64,000 bases of DNA from Candidatus Zixiibacteriota bacterium (GTDB lineage Bacteria; Zixibacteria; MSB-5A5; GN15; FEB-12): assembly GCA_020351995.1 (NCBI GenBank), contig CP070674.1:3533169-3597168 (forward strand), read 5' to 3'. Shown here one piece after another: positions 20,401 through 28,945 of this stretch. Both the position numbers and the translations under genes were made by a program. Under the pieces are notes generated by a model. It saw nothing but the letters and a program-made list of their open reading frames with translations. It had not been told where the DNA came from and did no database searches. The stretch's first letter is position 1. Every line of letters starts with the position of its first letter.

Positions 20401-23400
20401 ACGATGCCGAGCTGGGCAGTTTCACTTATTCTTCCGGTTTCTGGCAAATCTCGGGTCTGTCGTATGCGCTGGCCCCCTACGGCCAGAGATTTTTTGTGAC
20501 GGTTGATATCAAAAGCAGCGAGTTGGAAGGGGGCATTGTCGATTTGGTCATCCCTGTTAAGAGCGTTGAATATGCTTCCGGAGCCGACGGCCCTGATGAC
20601 ACCGTCTTGAGGAACCCGATGCCTTTTGTGGTAATGCCGATCGACCGCGTCACGGCAGTATCGGTACCATCACCGTCGAGCTATGTGAGCGCCGGAAGTG
20701 CCGACAGAACCATCCTCACTTTCGGCCTTTACAACGGTTACAGCGAAGCCAAGACCCTGCAGACGGTTCGTCTCGCTAACCACACGCGGACCGCATCGAG
20801 TTCGGCTTTCGCCGATGCTGAGCTGGGACAGGTGAGCCTCCATCTGGATGTCAACCATAACCGTATTTTTGACGGAGATCCAGCGATAGCATCCGGCTAT
20901 TTCAGTGGCGGCCTGCTTAGTCTTTCACCGGCGGGTCTTTCTCTGGCAGCCGAATCTCTCTGTTACTTCTTCGTGGTGGTTGCTCTGCCGCATGAACAGG
21001 TCATCGACTCGGATAGCCTGAGCGTCACTATCGATCAGGAATCTGACATAGTGTTCGATGTTGTCGGCGGTGAATCTGTCAATATTAACGGTGACATGCC
21101 GCTCACGTCCGGGACCTACTTAATACTTGACGGCTCCGTGCGTTCGCAATACCAGGTTATCGAACAGGTCTCCAGTTCGGTAACCCCGGGCGACACTTCG
21201 ATTACTCTGTTGTGTTTAACACCAGCCGTCAACGGTGATCAGTTCGATACTCTCACGTCGCTGATGGTCAGCAATGCCGGAACTGCGGATGATTCGGATT
21301 TCGATGTTCTTGAATTGTGGCTCGATTTGAATGGGGACCAGCAATGGCAGTCCGGTGACTCACTGGTTAAGCAGTTTTCGTACACGGGCAGCGATTGGCT
21401 AACCGGGTCGCTGAGCCTTGAGACCAGCCCGGCTCCCGTCTGTCTGTTCGTGACAGGTGATGTTTCTGGTGCGGCAACGCCGGGTGCTACCTTTCAACCG
21501 CAAATTCCGGTGGACGGCTGCCAATTCATTTCGGGAAACGATGGTCCATTTGACGCCGCCCTGATGAGTCAGGCCGATATCGTAGTCTCGGCTTCGGGGT
21601 TACGAATATCGGCTATGCCGCTGAGCGAATCCTATTCGATCGGGCAACAGATAACTGTCCCGGCACAGGTTACTAATCTTCTGGGGACGCCGTTGGACAC
21701 GGTCTACTGCGAGTTTGTAGCGGTAAACAACGGTGTTGATAGTATTGTGCTGGGCCCGGTCTACCTTGGATCGGAGGAGACCACGCAATTTGACGGGTTG
21801 TTCACGGCCTCGGGTTCAGGCTCCGAGTCGTGGCGTATCCGCGCTTTCTCGGAAAACCCAATAGATTCCTCGGTAGCCGTATATACCGACGAAGTACGAA
21901 TCGATGAGGTTCCCAGCGACGTAGCGCTGAGTCTGGTGAACTCGGCGCCTACGGCGGTGAGCCGCGGTCAGGCTAACGTATTCCCGTTAAGTATAAGGTT
22001 CGAACAGGTTGATACATCGTCAACGCGTACTGCGGTGAGACTTGATAGCATACAAATTTCCGTCGAGGACGACTCCGGTCAACCCCTGGCTGCCAACTCG
22101 GTATTCTCGCGAATGGTTGTGGCCACCGATAATATTAATCTGGTGGTTGAGAACTCCCCGCCCTCCACGCCGTCGGTCTGGCTGCGTTTTACCGAGCCGG
22201 TTGTCGTGCCGGCGGCTGAGGACCAGCTCTTATCGCTACTTGTCGATATCGACAGCTTTGCCACAGCTTCGAATTTCGTCCTGGCGCTCAGCAGTCCGGG
22301 TGACGTCAATATTGTTGACGATAACACATCCCAGACGGTCGCGTTTGACCCCGGGGTGGTTTTCCCTATGATGACGGTCTCCTGCCGTATAGATGATCCT
22401 TCCCAGCAATTGGCTGTGTCCGGTCAGTCGACAATGAATACATGTGTGAACTATGGCCAGGAAGGTGTCGATGCATTAGAACTGTCCATTCGCCATCCGG
22501 GGAATATAGGGACGTCTCAGATCCAGGTGACCAGTCTCTCCCTGGAGATCATCGACGATGCGCTGAACGCTGTTGATCCGTCCGATGTGGTTGAGGCGGT
22601 ACGGGTTCTCAAGCGACAGATGATCATAGGCGAACTTGCTACGATAATCCCGGGCTCGACCAGTCTTACCGTTGATTTTGCCGCTCCACCTACGATTAGT
22701 CCCTCGGAAACGGAGCTATTGAACCTGCAAATCGATTTGAAACTCCAGTCACCGTACAGCACTTTCGCTGTTCGTATTGAAGATAGCACCGCCTTCACCG
22801 TTCGGGATCTTAGCTCAGGTTCCGTCGTTCTGGCGGTGTCCGATCAGGAACTGGCCACGGGAAATGTCTTCCCACTAATCAGCGGGTATGCCGGGTTCAA
22901 GAATCCTGCCGTCAGTCCGGAAATATGCCTGTCATCGGCGGTACCTGAGTATATCATCGGCGGCGCAGCTGCCGTCGAATTGCTCGAGATGACCGCAATC
23001 TACGAAGCCGCAGCAGACTACTCTTCGATCAGAGTTTCCGATGTCGTGGCTCGCATATACAATTCGGCGGGCGCGCTGGTTAATCCCAATGACCTCTTTG
23101 ACCAGATAGGAATTTCTGTCGAAGGCGGCCCGGTAACATATGATCCGTTCATCGAGTTACAGGATGGTTTCGCTGTTTTCCATCTTGGGAATAATGGCGT
23201 TGTGGTGAATCCGGGTGACACGACCTCGATAATGCTGGTGGGCGACATAGAGAACGCCACACCGGTCGAAGATTTTCTGCTAACTCTGCAAAGCGAAGGT
23301 GCCCTGACACTGTGTGATGCCACCGATACCGCCAGCCACCCTGCTATTCTGGTGTCGCCGACCTGCCCTTTCAGCTTTCCATTTGAAACAGAATTGTCGC

Positions 23401-23570
23401 AGGTTTACCTGCAAGCGGGTCGACCGGTGGTATCGATCGATACTCCCCCGACTCAACTGGCCTTCCCGGGACAGAATGGTCTGCCCCTGCTTCAAATAGA
23501 CCTCTCCTATGATAGCCCAACCCCGCAGGGTGATCTGCTGATGAACGCTATTGCTGCCACGGTGAGGTAA
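17442..23570 (+). CDS. Giant secreted surface protein (right-handed beta-helix + Ig-like modules + long series of divergent beta-sandwich repeats), N-terminal 2042 codons
   Basis: It has a signal peptide, PbH1-like beta-helix repeats (NNTVFGNGGAGIEF, NNIVAHNLGGGI) and Ig-like modules. It ends at a single TAA that is in frame with the next ORF. Confidence 0.8.
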   Translation: MGKIKYILLAFCMIFTAGQTYAVEFYVSPTGNNNNPGTSPDQAWASIEHGDTSGQVGPGDIVNILPGTYLPTQTITLDRSGTDSSYIIYRKLGPRSVIIDGQNLLDSVLVVNGEYLDIYGFELTNSLHDCLKANNRYGTVAYCYVHHTGGTGIVANQREQLLFRNRAAYNAGTGIYVTGFCDEAEVYNNTVFGNGGAGIEFHSSVSTGRVFNNIVAHNLGGGIIGDEDIICGFNNACGNVGGNLLFVTDSAGGFSVEPGFADTTSGKFALRHTAAELDAGLAFDDYPFNGAAPDMGASEKYNVYYVSPIGADTAEGRTLATSWKSIDNGNSCIFPGDTVYVQPGMYSDSVVITDSGLPDDTIWYIGVGDGCSVDGSGYNTGVQISASYLVWIGIDINGSFSSNISMAGIGLRLSGCEISNAPVGLFINGRENVITNNVFRNSEYAGIFSWTTTDDLYANNTFYNNGRRDIYQPIFYDINVFNNIFVAHGAGDTAIDGSVGSVISHCLFYGYEEICGKEGEPGEGCLIGLDPVFLNPDSGDFHLDRTSPAIDAGYDLGFPFHGYAPDMGAIETAQPDSMEIVSCCDTLVADSTYLFEALAWDADGFPTRPGATMWSHTFVSGSISSGGVFTPALVGQGTVTAEDAIYGLSAESAPLTVVPGTLDRMTVEPQRVNLSVDSTQQFLLYGWDIRDNSVDVFGDVTWAAFGNIGTISQAGLFTATDPGYGFVRATSSLGPTCISDTITVTAGDPKIYVSSLTMPIREIIPGTNTGAILALEFVNDGPTGVPLDSVRLEFTGDDPFGATREELDSQIEGVALYLEKDNQYTDLTDLDSLLCTGTLSDGYAVLPTSGLLIPPGGANIKLTVAALLDALNARDGNDISFQIAGLSDIYLGEEIAVVADFPLDNDAQYIVNTFPSDLAQINPVEGSTLFQGQTERLVLDFNLPPNGYAEDFLSSVKVVNAGTFDDNGETLEIRLWADQSGDGFTADDAELGSFTYSSGFWQISGLSYALAPYGQRFFVTVDIKSSELEGGIVDLVIPVKSVEYASGADGPDDTVLRNPMPFVVMPIDRVTAVSVPSPSSYVSAGSADRTILTFGLYNGYSEAKTLQTVRLANHTRTASSSAFADAELGQVSLHLDVNHNRIFDGDPAIASGYFSGGLLSLSPAGLSLAAESLCYFFVVVALPHEQVIDSDSLSVTIDQESDIVFDVVGGESVNINGDMPLTSGTYLILDGSVRSQYQVIEQVSSSVTPGDTSITLLCLTPAVNGDQFDTLTSLMVSNAGTADDSDFDVLELWLDLNGDQQWQSGDSLVKQFSYTGSDWLTGSLSLETSPAPVCLFVTGDVSGAATPGATFQPQIPVDGCQFISGNDGPFDAALMSQADIVVSASGLRISAMPLSESYSIGQQITVPAQVTNLLGTPLDTVYCEFVAVNNGVDSIVLGPVYLGSEETTQFDGLFTASGSGSESWRIRAFSENPIDSSVAVYTDEVRIDEVPSDVALSLVNSAPTAVSRGQANVFPLSIRFEQVDTSSTRTAVRLDSIQISVEDDSGQPLAANSVFSRMVVATDNINLVVENSPPSTPSVWLRFTEPVVVPAAEDQLLSLLVDIDSFATASNFVLALSSPGDVNIVDDNTSQTVAFDPGVVFPMMTVSCRIDDPSQQLAVSGQSTMNTCVNYGQEGVDALELSIRHPGNIGTSQIQVTSLSLEIIDDALNAVDPSDVVEAVRVLKRQMIIGELATIIPGSTSLTVDFAAPPTISPSETELLNLQIDLKLQSPYSTFAVRIEDSTAFTVRDLSSGSVVLAVSDQELATGNVFPLISGYAGFKNPAVSPEICLSSAVPEYIIGGAAAVELLEMTAIYEAAADYSSIRVSDVVARIYNSAGALVNPNDLFDQIGISVEGGPVTYDPFIELQDGFAVFHLGNNGVVVNPGDTTSIMLVGDIENATPVEDFLLTLQSEGALTLCDATDTASHPAILVSPTCPFSFPFETELSQVYLQAGRPVVSIDTPPTQLAFPGQNGLPLLQIDLSYDSPTPQGDLLMNAIAATVR

Positions 23571-23609
23571 CGAACCTCCAGGGGAGATCTAAGGCCTGTT
23601 TCTGAAACC

Positions 23610-24221
23610 GTGTTCGACTCTGTCTATCTTGTTCTGGGCACCGATACGATTGCGATTGACAGTTCTCTGAGTGAAACCGACGTGTCACTGACGATAGATT
23701 CGGGATTTACTATTCCGTACGGCAGCTCACATTCCCTGACCGTACTATGTGACATCAGTCCCGATGCTCCCCTCGGAAATTATGTACTGGGTCTGATGGA
23801 TTCGATGTTTTGCGACCTCATCGATCAGAATCTCCTGACCACCGTATATCCTATTCTCAACGCCGCGGACTACCCGGTGTTGTCCGCGGAAGTATCGCTG
23901 GTGAAAGCTGACCTGGAGACTTCGTTTACCAATTATCCGAATCCTTTCAACCCGGATGGTGAGGGCCGGACCACAATCGGCTACGTGTTGACCTCTGACG
24001 CCCGCGTTGATATAGAACTGTTCACGATCACGGGTGAGTTGGTCAAACAGGTGGCCATCGGTGCTTTCAGGGGTGCCGGCGCCCATCAGGAAGACACCTG
24101 GGACGGGCGCAATGACAGGGGTGGTATGGTGCTGCCCGGAACCTATTTCTGCCGTTTGACGGCGAAATATGTTGGCGGCGGTTCGGAAACCATCAAAAGA
24201 AAGATTGCGGTGGTGAGATGA
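23610..24221 (+). CDS. C-terminal remainder of the giant protein, carrying a FlgD-Ig-like / T9SS-tail-like domain
   Basis: It is in the same reading frame as 17442-23570 and has no signal peptide of its own. The sequence continues the repeat pattern, then NYPNPFNPDGEG...TYFCRL...KRKIAVVR. Confidence 0.7.
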   Translation: MFDSVYLVLGTDTIAIDSSLSETDVSLTIDSGFTIPYGSSHSLTVLCDISPDAPLGNYVLGLMDSMFCDLIDQNLLTTVYPILNAADYPVLSAEVSLVKADLETSFTNYPNPFNPDGEGRTTIGYVLTSDARVDIELFTITGELVKQVAIGAFRGAGAHQEDTWDGRNDRGGMVLPGTYFCRLTAKYVGGGSETIKRKIAVVR

Positions 24222-26239
24222 GAGCTACTGTCATCACACTTGCAGTTTTGTTGAGCCTGTTTCTGGGCGTATCGGCCTCGACGCCGGACGGCGGGCTTCA
24301 GTCACCGTTCAGCCTTGGCACGGGGGCCCGTGAATTGGCTCTGGGAGGAGCGGCGCTGCCGACCGTTGATGCCGCTATGGCACCGTACTGGAATGCCTCG
24401 CGCCTGGCCTCCGCGGAACATTACACGCTCGGCGCCTTTCATTGCCGTTTGTTTGATTCCGATGTTGCCTACCAGTATCTGGGAGTGGTTGTGCCCACCC
24501 TGGATTTCGGCGGGTTCGGCTTCGGTATATTTCGGCTGGGCATAGGCGGGATCGAGGAACGCGACGCTGACAACATCCTGTTAGGAGAGATCAATGACAA
24601 CCGCCTCGGGTTCTACCTGGCTTACGGTCGTCAGCTTTCCGGTAACGATGTTGGTCTTACCCTTTCCATGGAAAGCCATTCCCTGGGTGATTACAGCGCG
24701 ACGTCCACGCCCGGCCTGACATTGTCGCTGGGGCGTCGTATGCATCCGAATTTCGCCAACTTCTCAGAGGTGCGGTTAGTGGTGGTAGGACGTAATCTGA
24801 TGGCTCCCTCGACGGAGCTGGCCGATGCCAGTATTGCCCAGCCTGCGGCAGCGGAGCTGGGTCTGACGGCGACAATGTTGCCGAATCGGCTCTGGGATCA
24901 GGCTGTGAACCTGTCAATGTCCCTGACGAAAGTCGAGTCGGTGAACGCCGAACTGGCCATGGGGCTCGAATACAACATTCAGGATTTGCTTTTCGTCAGA
25001 GGCGGCGTGCGGGATAGTAGACTCTCGTTCGGTATCGGGATATCCTACAGCCCGGTGGATTTCGACTATGCTCTGGTGGACCGCGATCTCGGGAATTTGC
25101 ACATGTTCAGTATCACCACGGCCTTCGGTCGCTCGGTTTCCGAGCGGAGAGCGTTAAGAGCCGAGAAGCGGGAAATCCAGTTCGCGCAAATGATGGAAGA
25201 ACGCATGCAACAACAGAACCGGAATACGGTGGCCGAACTGCGTTCGCGCGGCGAGCAACTGTTGGCCGGTGAGGAATTAACCGAGGCCGCGCAGTGTTTC
25301 GACCGGGCCCTGTTCCTGGCGCGAGCCTCCGGTGAAGACACCGCCGACATTGCCTCTCTGGCAGAGTCAGCCCGATATCGCCTTGACATGCTTTTACGGG
25401 AAACCAATTACGGGAAACATCTCGATTCCGCCAGAGCGGCCTTCGGAACGGGCCAGTATCTGGAAGCCCGTTACTTTGCCACCCGTGCACTTCAGTTCGC
25501 TGAGGATTCCAGCGAGGCATCGAAGTTGATAAAGCGTATCGACTACGCTGTCGAGCAAGTCGAAGGTAGAGAGGAAATGATCCGCGCTCAACTGTGGTCG
25601 GTCGATTCGCTGGTAAGTTACGGTGAAATCGACAGAGCTCTCCAGTTACTTGAGTCGCTTAATCAAATCGCGCCCGGGGACAAGAGTGTGCGCCAGGCAA
25701 CCAGAAAGGTACTCTTTGAACATGAGTGTCGGAAGGCCACGGCATCCTACGAACGCGCTGATTTCGCAACGGCGCTAATCCATCTCGACTCCGCTCTGAC
25801 GCTGTTGCCGGGACACCAGTGGTGTACCGAGATGCGGCAAAGAATCCAGACAGAGACGACGGAGATACATGTTGAGCGGGAAAAGATTCTCGGCCCGGCA
25901 CCATCGAAAATGACCGATGCCGTGCTTGAAGAGGTAGGTCGACGCTACGAAACCGGGCAGAAACTGTTCTCGAACGGCGATCTGGTGGCGGCTGTTGGAG
26001 AGTGGGAAGCGGTCCTGGCCCTGGCGCCGAAGTATATGTCCGTGCGTGAATATCTCGTCAGGGCGTATAAGTTCATCGGTGTCGAGCATTACGGGCAGAA
26101 TATGCTCGCCGAGGCCGTCGCCTACTGGAAGAAGGCGATTCGCCTCGATTCAGATAACACCGAGATTCTCGATTATATCCAGAGGGCGGAAAACGAAATC
26201 CGTAAGTTGAAAGAATTGACATATGAAACCGGCCAGTAG
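24218..26239 (+). CDS. Outer-membrane beta-barrel (PorV/PorP-SprF-like N-terminal domain, tentative) fused to TPR repeats
   Basis: 673 aa with an ATGA start/stop overlap with the upstream gene. It has a signal peptide and the N-terminal motif GTGARELALGGAALP...APYWNASRLA, followed by strand-like segments. The C-terminal ~350 aa are helical and TPR-like. Confidence 0.5.
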   Translation: MRATVITLAVLLSLFLGVSASTPDGGLQSPFSLGTGARELALGGAALPTVDAAMAPYWNASRLASAEHYTLGAFHCRLFDSDVAYQYLGVVVPTLDFGGFGFGIFRLGIGGIEERDADNILLGEINDNRLGFYLAYGRQLSGNDVGLTLSMESHSLGDYSATSTPGLTLSLGRRMHPNFANFSEVRLVVVGRNLMAPSTELADASIAQPAAAELGLTATMLPNRLWDQAVNLSMSLTKVESVNAELAMGLEYNIQDLLFVRGGVRDSRLSFGIGISYSPVDFDYALVDRDLGNLHMFSITTAFGRSVSERRALRAEKREIQFAQMMEERMQQQNRNTVAELRSRGEQLLAGEELTEAAQCFDRALFLARASGEDTADIASLAESARYRLDMLLRETNYGKHLDSARAAFGTGQYLEARYFATRALQFAEDSSEASKLIKRIDYAVEQVEGREEMIRAQLWSVDSLVSYGEIDRALQLLESLNQIAPGDKSVRQATRKVLFEHECRKATASYERADFATALIHLDSALTLLPGHQWCTEMRQRIQTETTEIHVEREKILGPAPSKMTDAVLEEVGRRYETGQKLFSNGDLVAAVGEWEAVLALAPKYMSVREYLVRAYKFIGVEHYGQNMLAEAVAYWKKAIRLDSDNTEILDYIQRAENEIRKLKELTYETGQ

Positions 26240-27824
26240 AAAAAACGCGATCATCCATGACTGGCCGAGGGCCGGCAACTTTCGAAGATCGATCAGGTTC
26301 GAATTCTCGCTCTACGTATCACTCGTGGTTCTGGCGTTGATGCTCGTTACCGGCTGGGTGATGACCGACATGTATGTGAGCAAGACCTCTGAACAAGTGA
26401 TAAACGAGGCCCTCGTGCGTGTTCGCTCCTATTCGAATACGGCCGGGAAACTCATTATCTCCTCGGAGAATCCTGACGCGCTGCTGCTGAACAATCTGCT
26501 GAAAAGGCTTACGGAGGACTACCCCGACGCCTATTGGGCGGGTATCGCCGCAAAGGACGGCGTAATTTTGGCCCACACCGACATAAAGAAAGTCATCGCC
26601 TCCGAAAAGCTCACCCCGATTGAATCAGACAGGATCGTCGGACTACTGGCAGACGGTGAAGCTCTGAATGTCCGCGGTGACACCATCAATTTGATGGTGC
26701 CGGTTACCGAGAGCGGGATCCAGGTAGGAACTCTGGCTATGGCGTCGTCGACCCATCGCATCAAAATGGCCCGCTCCGAATCGATAAAAACCGTGGTCGG
26801 GATAACCTTGCTGATGATGCTTATCGGGATACCGGCTACAATGCTGGTGCTGAACCGAAAACTCCGCCCGGTCAGCGTTATCACCGATCATCTGAAGAAG
26901 GTCTCGGTAGACAATATCTCGCTCGAGATACCTGTCAAATCGCGTAATGAACTGGGCTATCTGGCCAAAACTCTCGGTGTGATGGGGCGCAGGCTTAATC
27001 AGGCCCAGAAGGATATGCTCGAGCGAGAACGGATGAATCGGGAACTGGAGATAGCCAGGGAAATTCAGGCCAACCTGCTCCCGAATCAAAATCCAACCGG
27101 AGATTCTTTTGAAATCGCCTGTTTCTACCGGAGCGCCCGGGAAGTTGGTGGTGACTATTACGATTTTATCGAGTTCGACGACGAGAACCTCGGTATTATT
27201 GTCGCCGATGTGTCCGGAAAGTCATTACCGGGGATGCTGGTGATGCTTCTGACCAGGGATATTATCAAGAGTGTAAGCCGTCATACGATTGAACCTGCCA
27301 GGCTATTGACCAGAGTGAACGCTGAGCTCGGAGAGAATGTCAGGAAAGGCATGTTCGTTACGATGTTCTATGGCGTGTTGAATCGAGCTACCGGTGAGCT
27401 GCAATTCGCGTCGGCCGGTCATAACCCGCTGGTCAGGTTCCATGCCGACAGGACCGGACATGAGTTGATAAAAACACGTGGATATCCTCTCGGAATGGTA
27501 TCGTCCAAACAATTCGCTGATCGGATCGAACAGACCCGGATCAATCTGAGCGCGGGGGATTGGGTAATACAGTTTACCGACGGCGTGAATGAGGCCAAGA
27601 ACGCCAATAGTGAAGAATTCGGTATGGATCGGTTCACAGGGATTCTTGAGTCAGGCCGAAATCTGTCTCCGAACGAGGTGACTGAGAAGGTTGTTACCGG
27701 CATCGACAATTTCGTTGAAGGAAGCTCTCAGTTCGACGACATCACCCTGCTGGCTCTGAAATGGTCCGGTCTCCTCGTCGGTAACAGTGATACAAAGCAA
27801 AGGGTGGCCACCAGTGTCGGTTAG
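26223..27824 (+). CDS. Membrane-anchored HAMP - PP2C (SpoIIE/RsbU-type) serine phosphatase
   Basis: 533 aa. It has two TM segments flanking a sensor domain, a HAMP-like linker, and PP2C motifs (GGDYYDF, VADVSGKS, TDGVNEA). Confidence 0.85.
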   Translation: MKPASRKNAIIHDWPRAGNFRRSIRFEFSLYVSLVVLALMLVTGWVMTDMYVSKTSEQVINEALVRVRSYSNTAGKLIISSENPDALLLNNLLKRLTEDYPDAYWAGIAAKDGVILAHTDIKKVIASEKLTPIESDRIVGLLADGEALNVRGDTINLMVPVTESGIQVGTLAMASSTHRIKMARSESIKTVVGITLLMMLIGIPATMLVLNRKLRPVSVITDHLKKVSVDNISLEIPVKSRNELGYLAKTLGVMGRRLNQAQKDMLERERMNRELEIAREIQANLLPNQNPTGDSFEIACFYRSAREVGGDYYDFIEFDDENLGIIVADVSGKSLPGMLVMLLTRDIIKSVSRHTIEPARLLTRVNAELGENVRKGMFVTMFYGVLNRATGELQFASAGHNPLVRFHADRTGHELIKTRGYPLGMVSSKQFADRIEQTRINLSAGDWVIQFTDGVNEAKNANSEEFGMDRFTGILESGRNLSPNEVTEKVVTGIDNFVEGSSQFDDITLLALKWSGLLVGNSDTKQRVATSVG

Positions 27825-28578
27825 TACTAAGAAGACGCGGGTCATAATGGTCCCGGGAGAGCTGTCGGAGATTTCTCTTGAGGAATTCCACAGCCACCTG
27901 GAAGAGGTAATTGCCGCCTCTCCGGGCTGTATTGATTTGGATTGCTCGGCCTTGAATCTGGTTTCGTCGAGTCACGTCAACGTTTTGTGGGTGACCCGTG
28001 AGAAATGTGAGTCGGCCGGCGTGGGTATGAGACTATCGCGGGTTTCGGACTGTCTGATCAGGATACTGAAGTTACTGGACTTATTCGAATTCTTCGATAT
28101 TGATCAGGCTGAACAGGTGGAGACCGAGGCGGCATCGACCTCGCCGGCGCCGGGTCCGGAAAAGCACCGACTGCAACTTCGCATAAAGCCCGTCAGCGAA
28201 GAGATTCTAAACGTACTGGGTGACTTTCGCCAGTTTCTGCGCGAGATGCGAACCGAACCTTTTTGCGCCCTGGAGCTCGAGACCGTCTTCTATGAAATTC
28301 TCACCAACATTCGTCAGCATGGAAAAGCCGACAGGGTGGTCACGGTAGAGGTATGTGTAGAGGCCGATTCCGAAGCCATCGAACTTACTTTCACCGACAA
28401 CGGTCCGCCTTTCAATCCCAGTGAGAATGTGCGCGACTTTGACGCTGAACACGCTGTCCGCACCGGGCAGAGACATGGTTTCGGCCTGACAATGATTTCA
28501 AGAATGACCGACTCCATGGACTATGAGAGAAAAAATAACGAGTTGAATGTACTCAAAGTTAAAAAATACTGGGAATGA
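27787..28578 (+). CDS. STAS domain fused to RsbW/SpoIIAB-type anti-sigma Ser kinase (HATPase) domain
   Basis: The N-terminal ~100 aa are STAS-like (IDLDCSALNLVSSSHVNVLW). The C-terminal part is GHKL-kinase-like (ILTNIRQHG, TDNGPPFNP, GFGLTMI). The true start may be the ATG at 27847. Confidence 0.75.
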   Translation: MIQSKGWPPVSVSTKKTRVIMVPGELSEISLEEFHSHLEEVIAASPGCIDLDCSALNLVSSSHVNVLWVTREKCESAGVGMRLSRVSDCLIRILKLLDLFEFFDIDQAEQVETEAASTSPAPGPEKHRLQLRIKPVSEEILNVLGDFRQFLREMRTEPFCALELETVFYEILTNIRQHGKADRVVTVEVCVEADSEAIELTFTDNGPPFNPSENVRDFDAEHAVRTGQRHGFGLTMISRMTDSMDYERKNNELNVLKVKKYWE

Positions 28579-28582
28579 AAAA

Positions 28583-28945
28583 ATGAGTGAAAAAACGATT
28601 GTCTGTGATTCGATGAGCGGGGGGGCGGCCCTTCTTCAGCCTGGAAAAACGCTCGATAATGACAACGCGCATGAGATGGTCGAAGCCATAACCAATGCGC
28701 AGGCCGGTGGACACAAGTTCATCATCATCGACATGAGAGATCTCGAGTTCATTTCATCCTCCGGGGTGGGATCAATACTGGGTTCGGTTGAGGTAGCCCG
28801 CGAGAGCGGTGGTGACGTTATCCTGTGCAATGTCTCAGAAAGTATTCAGAACATTTTGAACGTTTTGGACCTGATGGATTACCTGACGGTGGCCGATGAC
28901 AGAGAAGCGGCGCAAGAGAGGTGTGGCTTGAAAAAGGTATTATGA
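28583..28945 (+). CDS. STAS-domain anti-sigma-factor antagonist (RsbV/SpoIIAA-like)
   Basis: It contains DMRDLEFISSSGVGSILG, which holds the conserved phosphorylatable Ser. The start is trimmed to MSEKT at 28583. Confidence 0.8.
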   Translation: MSEKTIVCDSMSGGAALLQPGKTLDNDNAHEMVEAITNAQAGGHKFIIIDMRDLEFISSSGVGSILGSVEVARESGGDVILCNVSESIQNILNVLDLMDYLTVADDREAAQERCGLKKVL

